Shown in pieces: positions 1 through 7,175 of a stretch of 10,701 nt of DNA. Origin of the DNA: a virus (Duplodnaviria; Heunggongvirae; Uroviricota; Caudoviricetes); the IMG/VR virus record IMGVR_UViG_3300027917_003468, positions 64,001 to 74,701 of that record. One strand, 5' to 3'. A model generated the notes under the pieces. That model was not told where the DNA came from, made no database searches, and was given only the letters and a program-made list of their open reading frames with translations. The stretch's first letter is position 1. Each line of letters starts with the position of its first letter. Position numbers and translations under genes: made by a program.

Positions 1-1
1 G

Positions 2-346
2 GCAGCGGTTGCTAACGACGTGGCGAATCCCAGACAGGTATATCAACTGTTAAAGGATGAGTTCTACGTCGACCCTGATAGATTAGTTCCTCTATACAAG
101 GCCGAGGATGGTGAGATGTCACTTGATGAAAGAGTAAAAGTATTTTTAGATGATCCTGACAACTGGAACCTTGTAAGATCAAAAATACCTATGGGTAGTG
201 GATCACAGGGTTCGGTTGGAGGCGGTGGAAAACACATGTTTACAAAAGCGGAGTTAACAGACATGAGGCAAAACCGCCCAGATGAATATAAAGAAAGACA
301 AAAAGAAATCCTTAAGGCCTATGCAGAGGGACGTGTAAAACCGTAA
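2..346 (+). CDS. 5'-truncated probable capsid scaffolding protein (C-terminal part)
   Basis: Frame is open from position 2 (AAVANDV...), so the track start at GTG 20 is probably internal. It has a Gly/Ser linker (GSGSQGSVGGGG), a short charged C-terminal helix ending ...KAYAEGRVKP, and lies directly upstream of the major capsid gene, the usual scaffold position. Confidence 0.6.
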   Translation, partial: AAVANDVANPRQVYQLLKDEFYVDPDRLVPLYKAEDGEMSLDERVKVFLDDPDNWNLVRSKIPMGSGSQGSVGGGGKHMFTKAELTDMRQNRPDEYKERQKEILKAYAEGRVKP

Positions 347-368
347 CTCTGTCTTAAGGAGATATCCC

Positions 369-422
369 ATGCCACTAGGTACAGATTTTGTAACAACAAG
401 CGAAGTCGATTGTTTTATCCCT
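369..422 (+). CDS. Major capsid protein, exon 1 (MPLGTDFVTTSEVDCFIP)
   Basis: AAGGAG RBS at 356-361 and ATG at 369. Eighteen codons end in CCT (U422), and an in-frame stop follows one codon later if unspliced. Joined to 958 it gives FIP|ELWSDEI, the typical N-terminal motif of P22-coat-like capsid proteins. Not in the ORF track. Confidence 0.88.
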
Positions 423-957
423 AAATAAGCTTGGGGCTTATGTGGGTGACCACATAAGAAAACGCTATAAATTCAGGGGAACCCCTAACGTAAAGTCGAG
501 GGCAATCCTGAGGCAAGCAAGGAGAGGTAAGGTGCAAAGACAAGAGGTGGATAGCAAGATAGTTAACAGTATATGTAATGACTATACTGTTAATATGCTG
601 ACACAGCGTGATATCGCAAAAAAATATGGTATAAAACGAGGGGTTATTATAAGAATACTCAAAGAATCCCACATTGCGTCTCGTTCACGCCACTATAGAA
701 GAACTCCTCAGCACCGCACTTTTACCTGTAATTATTGTGGTAGAGAATTTAATGATCTTGTTGCTTACTGTAACAGATGTCACCCTAAACACTACAATGA
801 TTATATAAAAATCCTTGAAGCTGCAACGACTATAATTAGCGGGACTCTTTTTACAAGGAGTTCATGGGATAGTCTGAACTGTGCGGAAACGCACAGAGGT
901 AATGAGAAATCATTACCCGCCTAGCAATTAGCACTAGGTCACAAAAGTAACAGCTAG
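423..957 (+). mobile_element. Group I self-splicing intron (535 nt) in the major capsid gene
   Basis: P1: CCCUAA 419-424 / UUGGGG 431-436 with U422.G433 wobble. P10: AAGCUU 427-432 pairs with 3' exon GAGCUU 958-963. P2: 437-445/450-458 with GUGA loop. P3: CGCUA 463-467/UAGCG 837-841. P4: UCAGG 473-477/CCUGA 507-511. P5: CCCU 483-486/AGGG 499-502. P6a: CAAGGA 518-523/UCCUUG 812-817. P7: GACUAU 828-833/AUAGUC 869-874. P8 at about 842-863. P9: 879-885/890-896 with GAAA loop. Extra hairpin 898-905/910-917 with GAAA loop. Terminal G957. Excision restores the reading frame. Confidence 0.93.
532..924 (+). CDS. Intron-encoded ORF (130 aa): HTH plus zinc-finger, probably a degenerate homing endonuclease
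   Basis: AAGGAG at 519-524 precedes GTG 532, a better start than the track's GTG 442. HTH-like segment TQRDIAKKYGIKRGVIIRILK and CNYC-x10-CNRCHPKH. It begins in the P6 loop and reads through P7-P9 to TAG 922-924. No intact HNH, GIY-YIG or LAGLIDADG motif is visible. Confidence 0.6.
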   Translation: MQRQEVDSKIVNSICNDYTVNMLTQRDIAKKYGIKRGVIIRILKESHIASRSRHYRRTPQHRTFTCNYCGREFNDLVAYCNRCHPKHYNDYIKILEAATTIISGTLFTRSSWDSLNCAETHRGNEKSLPA

Positions 958-1794
958 GAGCTTTGGTCCGATGAAATACTCGACGCTTTGGAACATGCAC
1001 TTGTTATGGCCAAATTGGTCAACACGGACTTTTCCGATCTAGTTCAAGGAAAGGGTGATGTGGTTAATATCCCAACGGTAACAAATTTAACAGCCAACGA
1101 CAAGGTTATTAAAACGCCTGTTACCGTACAATCCCCTGACGAGACATGCATTAGTATCACCGTTGACAAGCACAAAGAAGTAAGCTTCCTGGTAGAGGAC
1201 TTCGTTGAGATTCAAACTTCTGTGAATCTTAGAAGCATCTATACTAGGAGAGCTGGATATGCAATTGCCAAAGTTATTGACGATGACCTGATCACACAGG
1301 CAGGAACATGCTTTGACTGCATTGACAGTACTTCCACAGGTAATACCAGTACTCTTAACGAGGACGACATCCTTCTGGCAAAAACATTGCTGGATGAGAA
1401 TGACTGCCCAATGGAAGATCGTCATATTGTTGTAGCCCCACAGCAGTATAACAGGCTGCTTGCTATTGATCGATTCACAGAACATCGTATCCTCAATAAC
1501 GATGGTCGGCCAATCGAGAGAGGTGTTATCGGTACAATTCATGGATTTACTGTATGGATGACCCAACAGCTTGCTGCCACTGGAACGGCGACAACGGATA
1601 CAGTGGATACACTTGTATTCCATCGAGATGCGATGGCGATGTTGCTGCAGCTCCGTCCAAGAGTACAGGCTAACTATGTGCCTGAGTATCTTGGCTGGCT
1701 TGTAACAACTGATGTTATGTATGGTCTCGGATGTTTAAGGGATGATTGGGGATACATCATCCAAAATGATGCTATCACATACGACACATGCTAA
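958..1794 (+). CDS. Major capsid protein, exon 2 (spliced product 296 aa; HK97 fold, P22-coat-like)
   Basis: Frame is open from 958, just after TAG 955-957: ELWSDEILDALEHALVMAKLVN...GKGDVVNIP...ITVDKHKEVSFLVED...AGYAIAKVIDDDL...P.EDRHIVV...G.IGTIHGFTV...D..YG. The motif order matches phage coat proteins. A terminator follows. Confidence 0.88.
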   Translation, partial: ELWSDEILDALEHALVMAKLVNTDFSDLVQGKGDVVNIPTVTNLTANDKVIKTPVTVQSPDETCISITVDKHKEVSFLVEDFVEIQTSVNLRSIYTRRAGYAIAKVIDDDLITQAGTCFDCIDSTSTGNTSTLNEDDILLAKTLLDENDCPMEDRHIVVAPQQYNRLLAIDRFTEHRILNNDGRPIERGVIGTIHGFTVWMTQQLAATGTATTDTVDTLVFHRDAMAMLLQLRPRVQANYVPEYLGWLVTTDVMYGLGCLRDDWGYIIQNDAITYDTC

Positions 1795-1805
1795 GCTAGT
1801 GAAAC

Positions 1806-1843
1806 TGGAGGGGGGAGGTTTAGGCCTCCTCCTTCTACTTTTT
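1806..1843 (+). terminator. Rho-independent terminator after the capsid gene
   Basis: 14-bp stem TGGAGGGGGGAGGT (1806-1819) / GCCTCCTCCTTCTA (1824-1837) with G.U pairs, 4-nt loop, then CTTTTT. Confidence 0.75.
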
Positions 1844-1868
1844 AGTAAAGCCTTTAAAGGAGAATATC

Positions 1869-2318
1869 ATGCCCCTACCTACCAGAACAGTCAAAAGATT
1901 AAAAGACGGCGCAATAAAGAGGATGCAAAGTGGTTCAGCAGCAAAACTCGTTGCTAGAGGAGGCTACGAATATATAGATGGTGGTGTAGATGAAAGTGAG
2001 AAGATGAAAGTGGAACAAGCACAAAGAAAAAGCTACAAGAAAATTTCAAATACTGATTCTGATAAAATTGTTACTAGAGACTTGAAGATTGGCCCGTCTG
2101 AACTCGCACCGGAACAAGTAAGAAAGCTACGAGGACCCAGGAAAATTATAAAGAAAAAAGATGAAGTGCCTGAATCGGTAATGAAACAGATTCGAGCAGC
2201 AAACAGTGCAAATATCCCCGCCACTACCACATTAGGAAAAGGAGCCGATGCCCTGAAGTCCCTTATTGAAGAGACGAAAGCAAAACGGAAAAGAGCTAGA
2301 CGGACGGGGACAGGTTAA
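1869..2318 (+). CDS. Lys/Arg-rich hypothetical protein (149 aa)
   Basis: AAAGGAGA RBS upstream. The stop overlaps the next start (TAATG at 2316-2320). No family recognised. Confidence 0.75.
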   Translation: MPLPTRTVKRLKDGAIKRMQSGSAAKLVARGGYEYIDGGVDESEKMKVEQAQRKSYKKISNTDSDKIVTRDLKIGPSELAPEQVRKLRGPRKIIKKKDEVPESVMKQIRAANSANIPATTTLGKGADALKSLIEETKAKRKRARRTGTG

Positions 2319-3190
2319 TGGGGAAAAGAAAATCTTCGGAACAGGGCCAAATTCGTAATGCGATATTGAAAGGCTCCCTGAAAAAATCCCTGTCTCTACC
2401 ACCGACAGGGATTGTAGGACTTGATGGCAAAGTAATTGAACGCCCTATCAAACGTCTACCTAAACTGGATAAGGAAGAGAAGATTTTAGATATATATGCT
2501 CCCTGTTCTTGGCCTTTTGTATACAGAAAATTCATGGTCAATTTCTGTCGAATTATACATCCAAAAATGATGGTGCCTCTAAGGAAATTTGGTATTACAG
2601 ACTATTTTTGGGATATCAACTCAAAATTTCCAGTCTGTAAAAATAGAAATACAGCTGTCTTGAAAGCTAGAAAATACAATGCTGACTATATGATGTTTAT
2701 TGATGCTGATATGCAACATCCACCAGATATTGTATACAGACTGGCAAAACATGAACTTCCTATTGTTAGTGGTATGTATTTCCATCAAGCACCTCCACAT
2801 CTGCCAGTTTGTTATCGACACAAAGAAGCTCATAATTACGTTCATTGTTGGGATTATCCAAAAGACAAGTTATTTGAAGTTGATCTGATTGGAATGGGAT
2901 GTGTACTTGTGGATATGAGAGTGTTTGATGATATTGATATGCCTTATTTCAAGTATGATTCGAGTCGTGAGGATGGAATTGTTGATGTGACTGAAGATGT
3001 AGAATTTTGCAAAAAGGTTCGAGCTGCTGGATATAATATTATGGTTGATCCTAGTGTTCAATGTACTCATATAAATATTGATGACGTCGCACAAACACAT
3101 TTCGAAGCCTATATGGAACAGTATCAAACTTATACTGCGTTAATGGAGAAATTTGGAGATGGAACAATTAGCAATATTAGTGATGAATAG
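2318..3190 (+). CDS. GT-A fold glycosyltransferase (GT2-like)
   Basis: DxD motif in YMMFIDADMQHPPD, then SGMYF, IGMGCVLVDMRVF and TEDVEFC, a motif series typical of GT2-like enzymes. Basic N-terminal extension. Confidence 0.82.
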   Translation: MGKRKSSEQGQIRNAILKGSLKKSLSLPPTGIVGLDGKVIERPIKRLPKLDKEEKILDIYAPCSWPFVYRKFMVNFCRIIHPKMMVPLRKFGITDYFWDINSKFPVCKNRNTAVLKARKYNADYMMFIDADMQHPPDIVYRLAKHELPIVSGMYFHQAPPHLPVCYRHKEAHNYVHCWDYPKDKLFEVDLIGMGCVLVDMRVFDDIDMPYFKYDSSREDGIVDVTEDVEFCKKVRAAGYNIMVDPSVQCTHINIDDVAQTHFEAYMEQYQTYTALMEKFGDGTISNISDE

Positions 3191-3455
3191 CATGTTTTTA
3201 GACCTGCTGTTTTTCCTGTCAGTGTATGGAATAGCAACCATTATTTCTTCTGAATACATCTTTATGCCAGTAATTGATAAATTTAAAAGATTTGAAAAAC
3301 TACACTATCTTCTCACCTGTAATAAATGTATGTCAGTCTGGGTTGGAGGATTAGTATCTTTCTTCTACTGGTCAGTTCTCACTCCGGTCCTTGATGCTGC
3401 AATCTGTTATGTCGTTACATCTGCACTCAATAAATTCCTTGACGATCCAGAATAA
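3183..3455 (+). CDS. Small membrane protein, DUF1360-like
   Basis: Hydrophobic helices flank LLTCNKCMSVWVGG, which resembles the DUF1360 LLxCxxCxSVW motif. The start is more likely ATG 3183 or 3192, coupled to the GT2 stop at 3190, than 3153. Confidence 0.55.
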   Translation: MNSMFLDLLFFLSVYGIATIISSEYIFMPVIDKFKRFEKLHYLLTCNKCMSVWVGGLVSFFYWSVLTPVLDAAICYVVTSALNKFLDDPE

Positions 3456-3462
3456 TTAGGGA

Positions 3463-3491
3463 TTGACTTGCGTATAGACTAATGATATTAT
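3463..3491 (+). promoter_or_regulatory. Sigma70-type promoter upstream of the protease gene
   Basis: TTGACT (3463-3468), 17-nt spacer, TATTAT (3486-3491), with an extended -10 TG at 3483-3484. Confidence 0.7.
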
Positions 3492-3524
3492 AGGATGTAA
3501 AATAGTGGATTAGCACCAAAGACT

Positions 3525-4955
3525 ATGCGGAGTTTAGAGGAGACGGTAGCGATGGTACGAAAAGCACTTACATTCACCGAAGAGGAGATCACAGCTTTTC
3601 ACGAAGAGATGCTATACCCCGTAGTAAGGATACAAGCAAAAAGCGCACTTGGATCTGGTTCTATTATTTACAGTAAGCCAAAACAAGATATCCCATCAGA
3701 GTATGAAACCTATATTCTGACGAATCACCATGTAATTGATTCGGCCATTACACAGGTTGAAAAGTGGTCGAGCCTTCTCCAAAGAAAATATAAGGGAGAT
3801 GTCTTTGCTGATGTTGATGTGGAAATTTTCGAGTACCAGTATGAATCTTGGGAACCCACCCACCATACTATTCCAGGTGAGATTGTAACCTACGACCAGG
3901 ACCAGGATTTAGGATTGGTTCGCCTAAAGACGGTAAAGCCAATGAAATATGTCGCCAGGATGCTGCCAAAAGGTGAATCAAAAAATAGACTGCGTATGTT
4001 TATGACAACGCTTACAGTCGGATCCGGTCTTGGTGAAGAGCCTTTCCCCTCTATCCCAGGTATGTTAGCCAACTTGAATCGGAGAATTGCAAACACAGAT
4101 GGGAAAGGTTACACATTCCACCTGAGTAGTTCACCCTCAATTTTTGGGAATTGTTTAGTAGGAGATTCGTTGGTCTCTATGTCAGATAATACGGTCAAAC
4201 CCATAAAAGAAATAAAAGAAGGTGACTTTGTATGGTCATGTTCAAAGGGAGGTGTGAGTTCTGATAACAAAGTCGAAAGATTTATTGAGTCTGGAGAAAA
4301 AGATATATATGAAGTAAAAACTAGAACTTGTTTATTAAGAGCATCTGATAATCATCCAGTTCTAAAGTTCAGCAAGCGCCCTGCACAATATAATCATCCT
4401 CCTGTTGATATATGGTTTAAATGGGCGAAAGTAGAAGATTTAGCAGATGGAGATTTAATCGCTGTTTTTGATGGGCAGATTGGTTGCTCTGGGAAGATGC
4501 AAAAACAAGAATTAAATATTGAGGGATTTGACAACAAAAACATTCCAACTGGACTGCATCTAGAGAAGGTCGAAAAAATGAAGGTAGTGGGTAAAGAAAA
4601 AACTTATGATATTAAACTGGATCACCCCCACAACTTCTTTGCAGATGGAGTTCTAGTACATAATAGTGGTGGGGCCTGTTTCCTTACAGACACGCATGAG
4701 ATGATTGGGATCCCTTCTAGAATCGCAGTTACTGGCAGATTAGGTAGTGATGCAATTACACATATGGGCTACATTATTCCTATTGAACGTGTATATCGAT
4801 TCTTCAAAGCCGAACTATTATATTTCCTCTACGATTCAAATTACACATCTGATCAGTGTTTTGATCTACGGAAAAAGAAGCGGGAGGAAGATGAGAAACG
4901 AATGGCAATAGATATTAGTAGGAATGGTGAGGTAGATACAAGTAATAACAGTTAA
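3525..4955 (+). CDS. Trypsin-like (S1/Trypsin_2) serine protease precursor containing an intein
   Basis: GSGSII; triad His in YILTNHHVI (CAT 3729-3731); Asp in YDQDQDLGLVRL; nucleophile motif IFGN|SGG is restored after intein removal. Followed by E.IGI....A.....GY.IPIE, typical of this fold. The start may be ATG 3552 (AGGAG at 3538-3542). Confidence 0.87.
   Translation: MRSLEETVAMVRKALTFTEEEITAFHEEMLYPVVRIQAKSALGSGSIIYSKPKQDIPSEYETYILTNHHVIDSAITQVEKWSSLLQRKYKGDVFADVDVEIFEYQYESWEPTHHTIPGEIVTYDQDQDLGLVRLKTVKPMKYVARMLPKGESKNRLRMFMTTLTVGSGLGEEPFPSIPGMLANLNRRIANTDGKGYTFHLSSSPSIFGNCLVGDSLVSMSDNTVKPIKEIKEGDFVWSCSKGGVSSDNKVERFIESGEKDIYEVKTRTCLLRASDNHPVLKFSKRPAQYNHPPVDIWFKWAKVEDLADGDLIAVFDGQIGCSGKMQKQELNIEGFDNKNIPTGLHLEKVEKMKVVGKEKTYDIKLDHPHNFFADGVLVHNSGGACFLTDTHEMIGIPSRIAVTGRLGSDAITHMGYIIPIERVYRFFKAELLYFLYDSNYTSDQCFDLRKKKREEDEKRMAIDISRNGEVDTSNNS
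4152..4664 (+). mobile_element. Mini-intein (Hint domain, 171 aa, no endonuclease)
   Basis: Block A CLVGDSLVSMSDNTVKPIKEIKEGDFV starts at TGT 4152. Block B LRASDNHPVL. Blocks F/G KTYDIKLDHPHNFFADGVLVHN end at AAT 4662-4664. The +1 residue is Ser (AGT 4665-4667). No LAGLIDADG blocks. Confidence 0.93.
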
Positions 4956-5004
4956 TTGGTATAAGGTATGGATAACCAATATCTTTGTTCAAAGGTTACT
5001 ACTA

Positions 5005-5589
5005 ATGAGGGTAGCACTTCTCAATGCGCACACGAGCTATGCAGTAGGAGCGTCCGAAACGCTTGGCGGAGTAGTATATTCTGAGTATAAGCTATCTTCT
5101 CGAATAAATAAAGAACTACAGAATAAATTACTAAATACTGGCAACGATGCTTATATTGTGGATGGATCAAGTGAGAAGCCTTATAGTCGATCATTACGCT
5201 ATAAGGCTTCTTTTGTTAATATGACAGGTGCTGATATAGCTATCGAAACGCACTTCAACTCTGCGTTTAGTTTGGCTTTAGCAAAACATAGTAGTGGTTT
5301 AGAGGTACTTTACAGTGATAAGAAAGAAGGAAATAAAGCCCTAGCCGAAAAAATGGTGGAGGGTTTGAGTGCTTATTTACCTTTTAAGCTTCGTAGAGGA
5401 GGTACAGGACTGTATGTGAGGAATAAACTTTACATCCTTACCAATATTGATTGCCCTACTATAATCAACGAGATTTGTTTTTTATCCCACCCTATTGATC
5501 GATTGTATCTACTCCACCCCAATTCAACTAGAGTGATAGCCAATGCAATATTAAATGGAATATCAAAATATCAGTCAGTTTCCAATTAG
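5005..5589 (+). CDS. N-acetylmuramoyl-L-alanine amidase (Amidase_3), probable endolysin
   Basis: Zn-ligand and catalytic pattern: LLNAH, SEY, ADIAIETHFNS, SGLEVLY, LYIL...PTIINEICFLSHPID. Catalytic domain only, no cell-wall-binding domain. Confidence 0.85.
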   Translation: MRVALLNAHTSYAVGASETLGGVVYSEYKLSSRINKELQNKLLNTGNDAYIVDGSSEKPYSRSLRYKASFVNMTGADIAIETHFNSAFSLALAKHSSGLEVLYSDKKEGNKALAEKMVEGLSAYLPFKLRRGGTGLYVRNKLYILTNIDCPTIINEICFLSHPIDRLYLLHPNSTRVIANAILNGISKYQSVSN

Positions 5590-5603
5590 GGGAAGGAGAA
5601 TCA

Positions 5604-6011
5604 ATGGGCGGTGATGGAATATTAAGTAGAGACGATCTTTTTCTTCTAATGGAAGCATATCGAAATAATATCGAACTCAGTACTACATTATTGCAACAAC
5701 AAAATCAAATAACTGAACAGCTCAAAAAAACAACAATGCAACAAGAAAAGATATGCACTTCAATAGATAAAGTAGCCAATAAGTTAGATACATGTACAGA
5801 TGAGCTACATAAGGCGCACCAGGAAATGGTAGTAGAAAAAACAAGGTGCCAAGCACAATCATCAAAAGAACATGGATCAATTATTCATCGGGTTAACCTT
5901 GTCTATGTTGGAATTGGTGCCTTACTCGTCCAATTTTTAGCATTTGTTATAGATGTATTTGCTAAACTAGAACTTATCCGTAAAATTGCCGATCATTTGG
6001 GAGTTGGATGA
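5604..6011 (+). CDS. Coiled-coil protein with C-terminal transmembrane helix, holin-like
   Basis: GGAAGGAG RBS. Gln/Leu-rich coiled coil, then hydrophobic LVYVGIGALLVQFLAFVIDVF. Directly follows the amidase. The holin call rests on position and topology only. Confidence 0.5.
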   Translation: MGGDGILSRDDLFLLMEAYRNNIELSTTLLQQQNQITEQLKKTTMQQEKICTSIDKVANKLDTCTDELHKAHQEMVVEKTRCQAQSSKEHGSIIHRVNLVYVGIGALLVQFLAFVIDVFAKLELIRKIADHLGVG

Positions 6012-6856
6012 TGCCGCCTGAGCTTACAATATTCAATAACATTCCAGAGCTTTTATTTTACAAAGCTATCGAACATAGCCCGAGTACTGTGGTAATAACA
6101 GATATAGAAGGAAATATTATCTATGTAAACCCAAAATTTTCTGAAGTAACCGGCTATCATTACAAAGAGGTTCTAGGTAAAAATCCACGCCTATTAAAAT
6201 CAGGTAAAATGCCAAAACAACAATACCAAAAAATGTGGGAAACGATCTCAAAAGGAGGTATTTGGCGAGGAGAATTTCTAAACTGTGCGAAAGATGGCTC
6301 ATACTATTGGGAAGTAGCATCTATTGCCCCTGTAAAAGAAGGCAACAAGATAACTAATTATATAAAAGTTGCAGAGGTAGTTACAGATCTTAAACAGACA
6401 ATTATCAACTTGTGGAATATCTTAGATTATTCAAATTATTTTGTAGTTGTGTTGGATAAGAGTCTTGAAATTAGGCTCTGTAACCGCATGCTGGCTAAAA
6501 CACTTGGATTCGAGAAGGAAAATGAGTTGATAGGAAGAAAGTGGTTTGAATTTATACCAGAGACTACACAAGATATTATCAAAATTGTACATAGAGAAAC
6601 AACAGATAGAGAAGGACAAATAATGGAATCTATCAGTGAAGTTATAGCTGCCAATGGAAAAGTTGTAACAGCCAAATGGTTTAATTCTTTCGTAAATAGT
6701 GAATTGGATTGGGTCTTTAGTTTGGGCGTCCCACTTAAGATAGATGCCCAAAAAAATATTGATAATGTCAGAGAATTTTACAAACAGGTACTGGCCAAAG
6801 ATAGAACCACAATCGATGCAATAAAGAAGTATATTAACAATGAGGAAACTGGATAA
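6008..6856 (+). CDS. Tandem PAS-domain protein without an output domain
   Basis: PAS1: AIEHSPSTVVITDIEGNIIYVNPKFSEVTGY...EVLGKNPRLLKSG...MWETI..G.IWRGEFLNCAKDGSYYW...IAPV. PAS2: ILDYSNYFVVVLD...IRLCN...TLGF...ELIGRKWFEFIP. Short helical C-terminus. ATGA overlap with the upstream gene. Confidence 0.9.
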   Translation: MMPPELTIFNNIPELLFYKAIEHSPSTVVITDIEGNIIYVNPKFSEVTGYHYKEVLGKNPRLLKSGKMPKQQYQKMWETISKGGIWRGEFLNCAKDGSYYWEVASIAPVKEGNKITNYIKVAEVVTDLKQTIINLWNILDYSNYFVVVLDKSLEIRLCNRMLAKTLGFEKENELIGRKWFEFIPETTQDIIKIVHRETTDREGQIMESISEVIAANGKVVTAKWFNSFVNSELDWVFSLGVPLKIDAQKNIDNVREFYKQVLAKDRTTIDAIKKYINNEETG

Positions 6857-7175
6857 AATTGAAGTTTTTACTAATGCATTACGTTATAGCGATCCATACT
6901 ATGAATGGCGAGATGATGTTATTAAAGAACAGGGAAAACGCTGCCAAATATGCGGATCAGATATAAAAGTGCATGTACATCACCTCAAGTATTTTAAATC
7001 TATAGTAAAAGAATTCCTGTCTCACTACGATCATTTAGATGCAATAAAAGATAAGGACGAACTACTGGATTGCGCTGAGTGGTATGAAGATTTTTGGGAT
7101 CCTAATAATGGTTTAGTGCTATGTAATAACTGCCATGAGTTTGAACATCCTAATATACTACTGGAGGATGAGTAG
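6840..7175 (+). CDS. HNH endonuclease
   Basis: WRDDVI...RCQICG...VHVHHLK...NNGLVLCNNCHEFEH, a complete Zn-binding HNH motif set. Confidence 0.88.
   Translation: MRKLDKIEVFTNALRYSDPYYEWRDDVIKEQGKRCQICGSDIKVHVHHLKYFKSIVKEFLSHYDHLDAIKDKDELLDCAEWYEDFWDPNNGLVLCNNCHEFEHPNILLEDE

Noticed and set aside
442-531. Intron ORF start at GTG 442
   Set aside because: It lies inside the P2 helix with no RBS. GTG 532 has AAGGAG at proper spacing.
423-957. Insertion sequence, frameshift or pseudogenised capsid as the explanation for the interruption
   Set aside because: No terminal inverted repeats, target duplication or transposase. The group I helices and exact frame restoration explain it better.
988-1794. 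Capsid gene starting at TTG 988, as in the ORF track
   Set aside because: No RBS. The frame is open from 958, and the conserved N-terminus with a strong RBS lies at 369-422 across the intron.
1742-2888. Plus-strand alternative-frame ORFs 1742-1957 and 2700-2888
   Set aside because: The first crosses the capsid stop and terminator, the second is nested in the GT2 gene. Neither has an RBS or motif.
3525-4955. Firm assignment as the prohead maturation protease
   Set aside because: The fold is trypsin-like rather than HK97 gp4/ClpP-like, it lies downstream of the capsid gene under its own promoter, and the capsid shows no obvious cleavable delta domain. The substrate is unknown.
6047-6385. LOV blue-light photoreceptor
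   Set aside because: The LOV motif GxNCRFLQ is absent (GKNPRLLK, no adduct-forming Cys).
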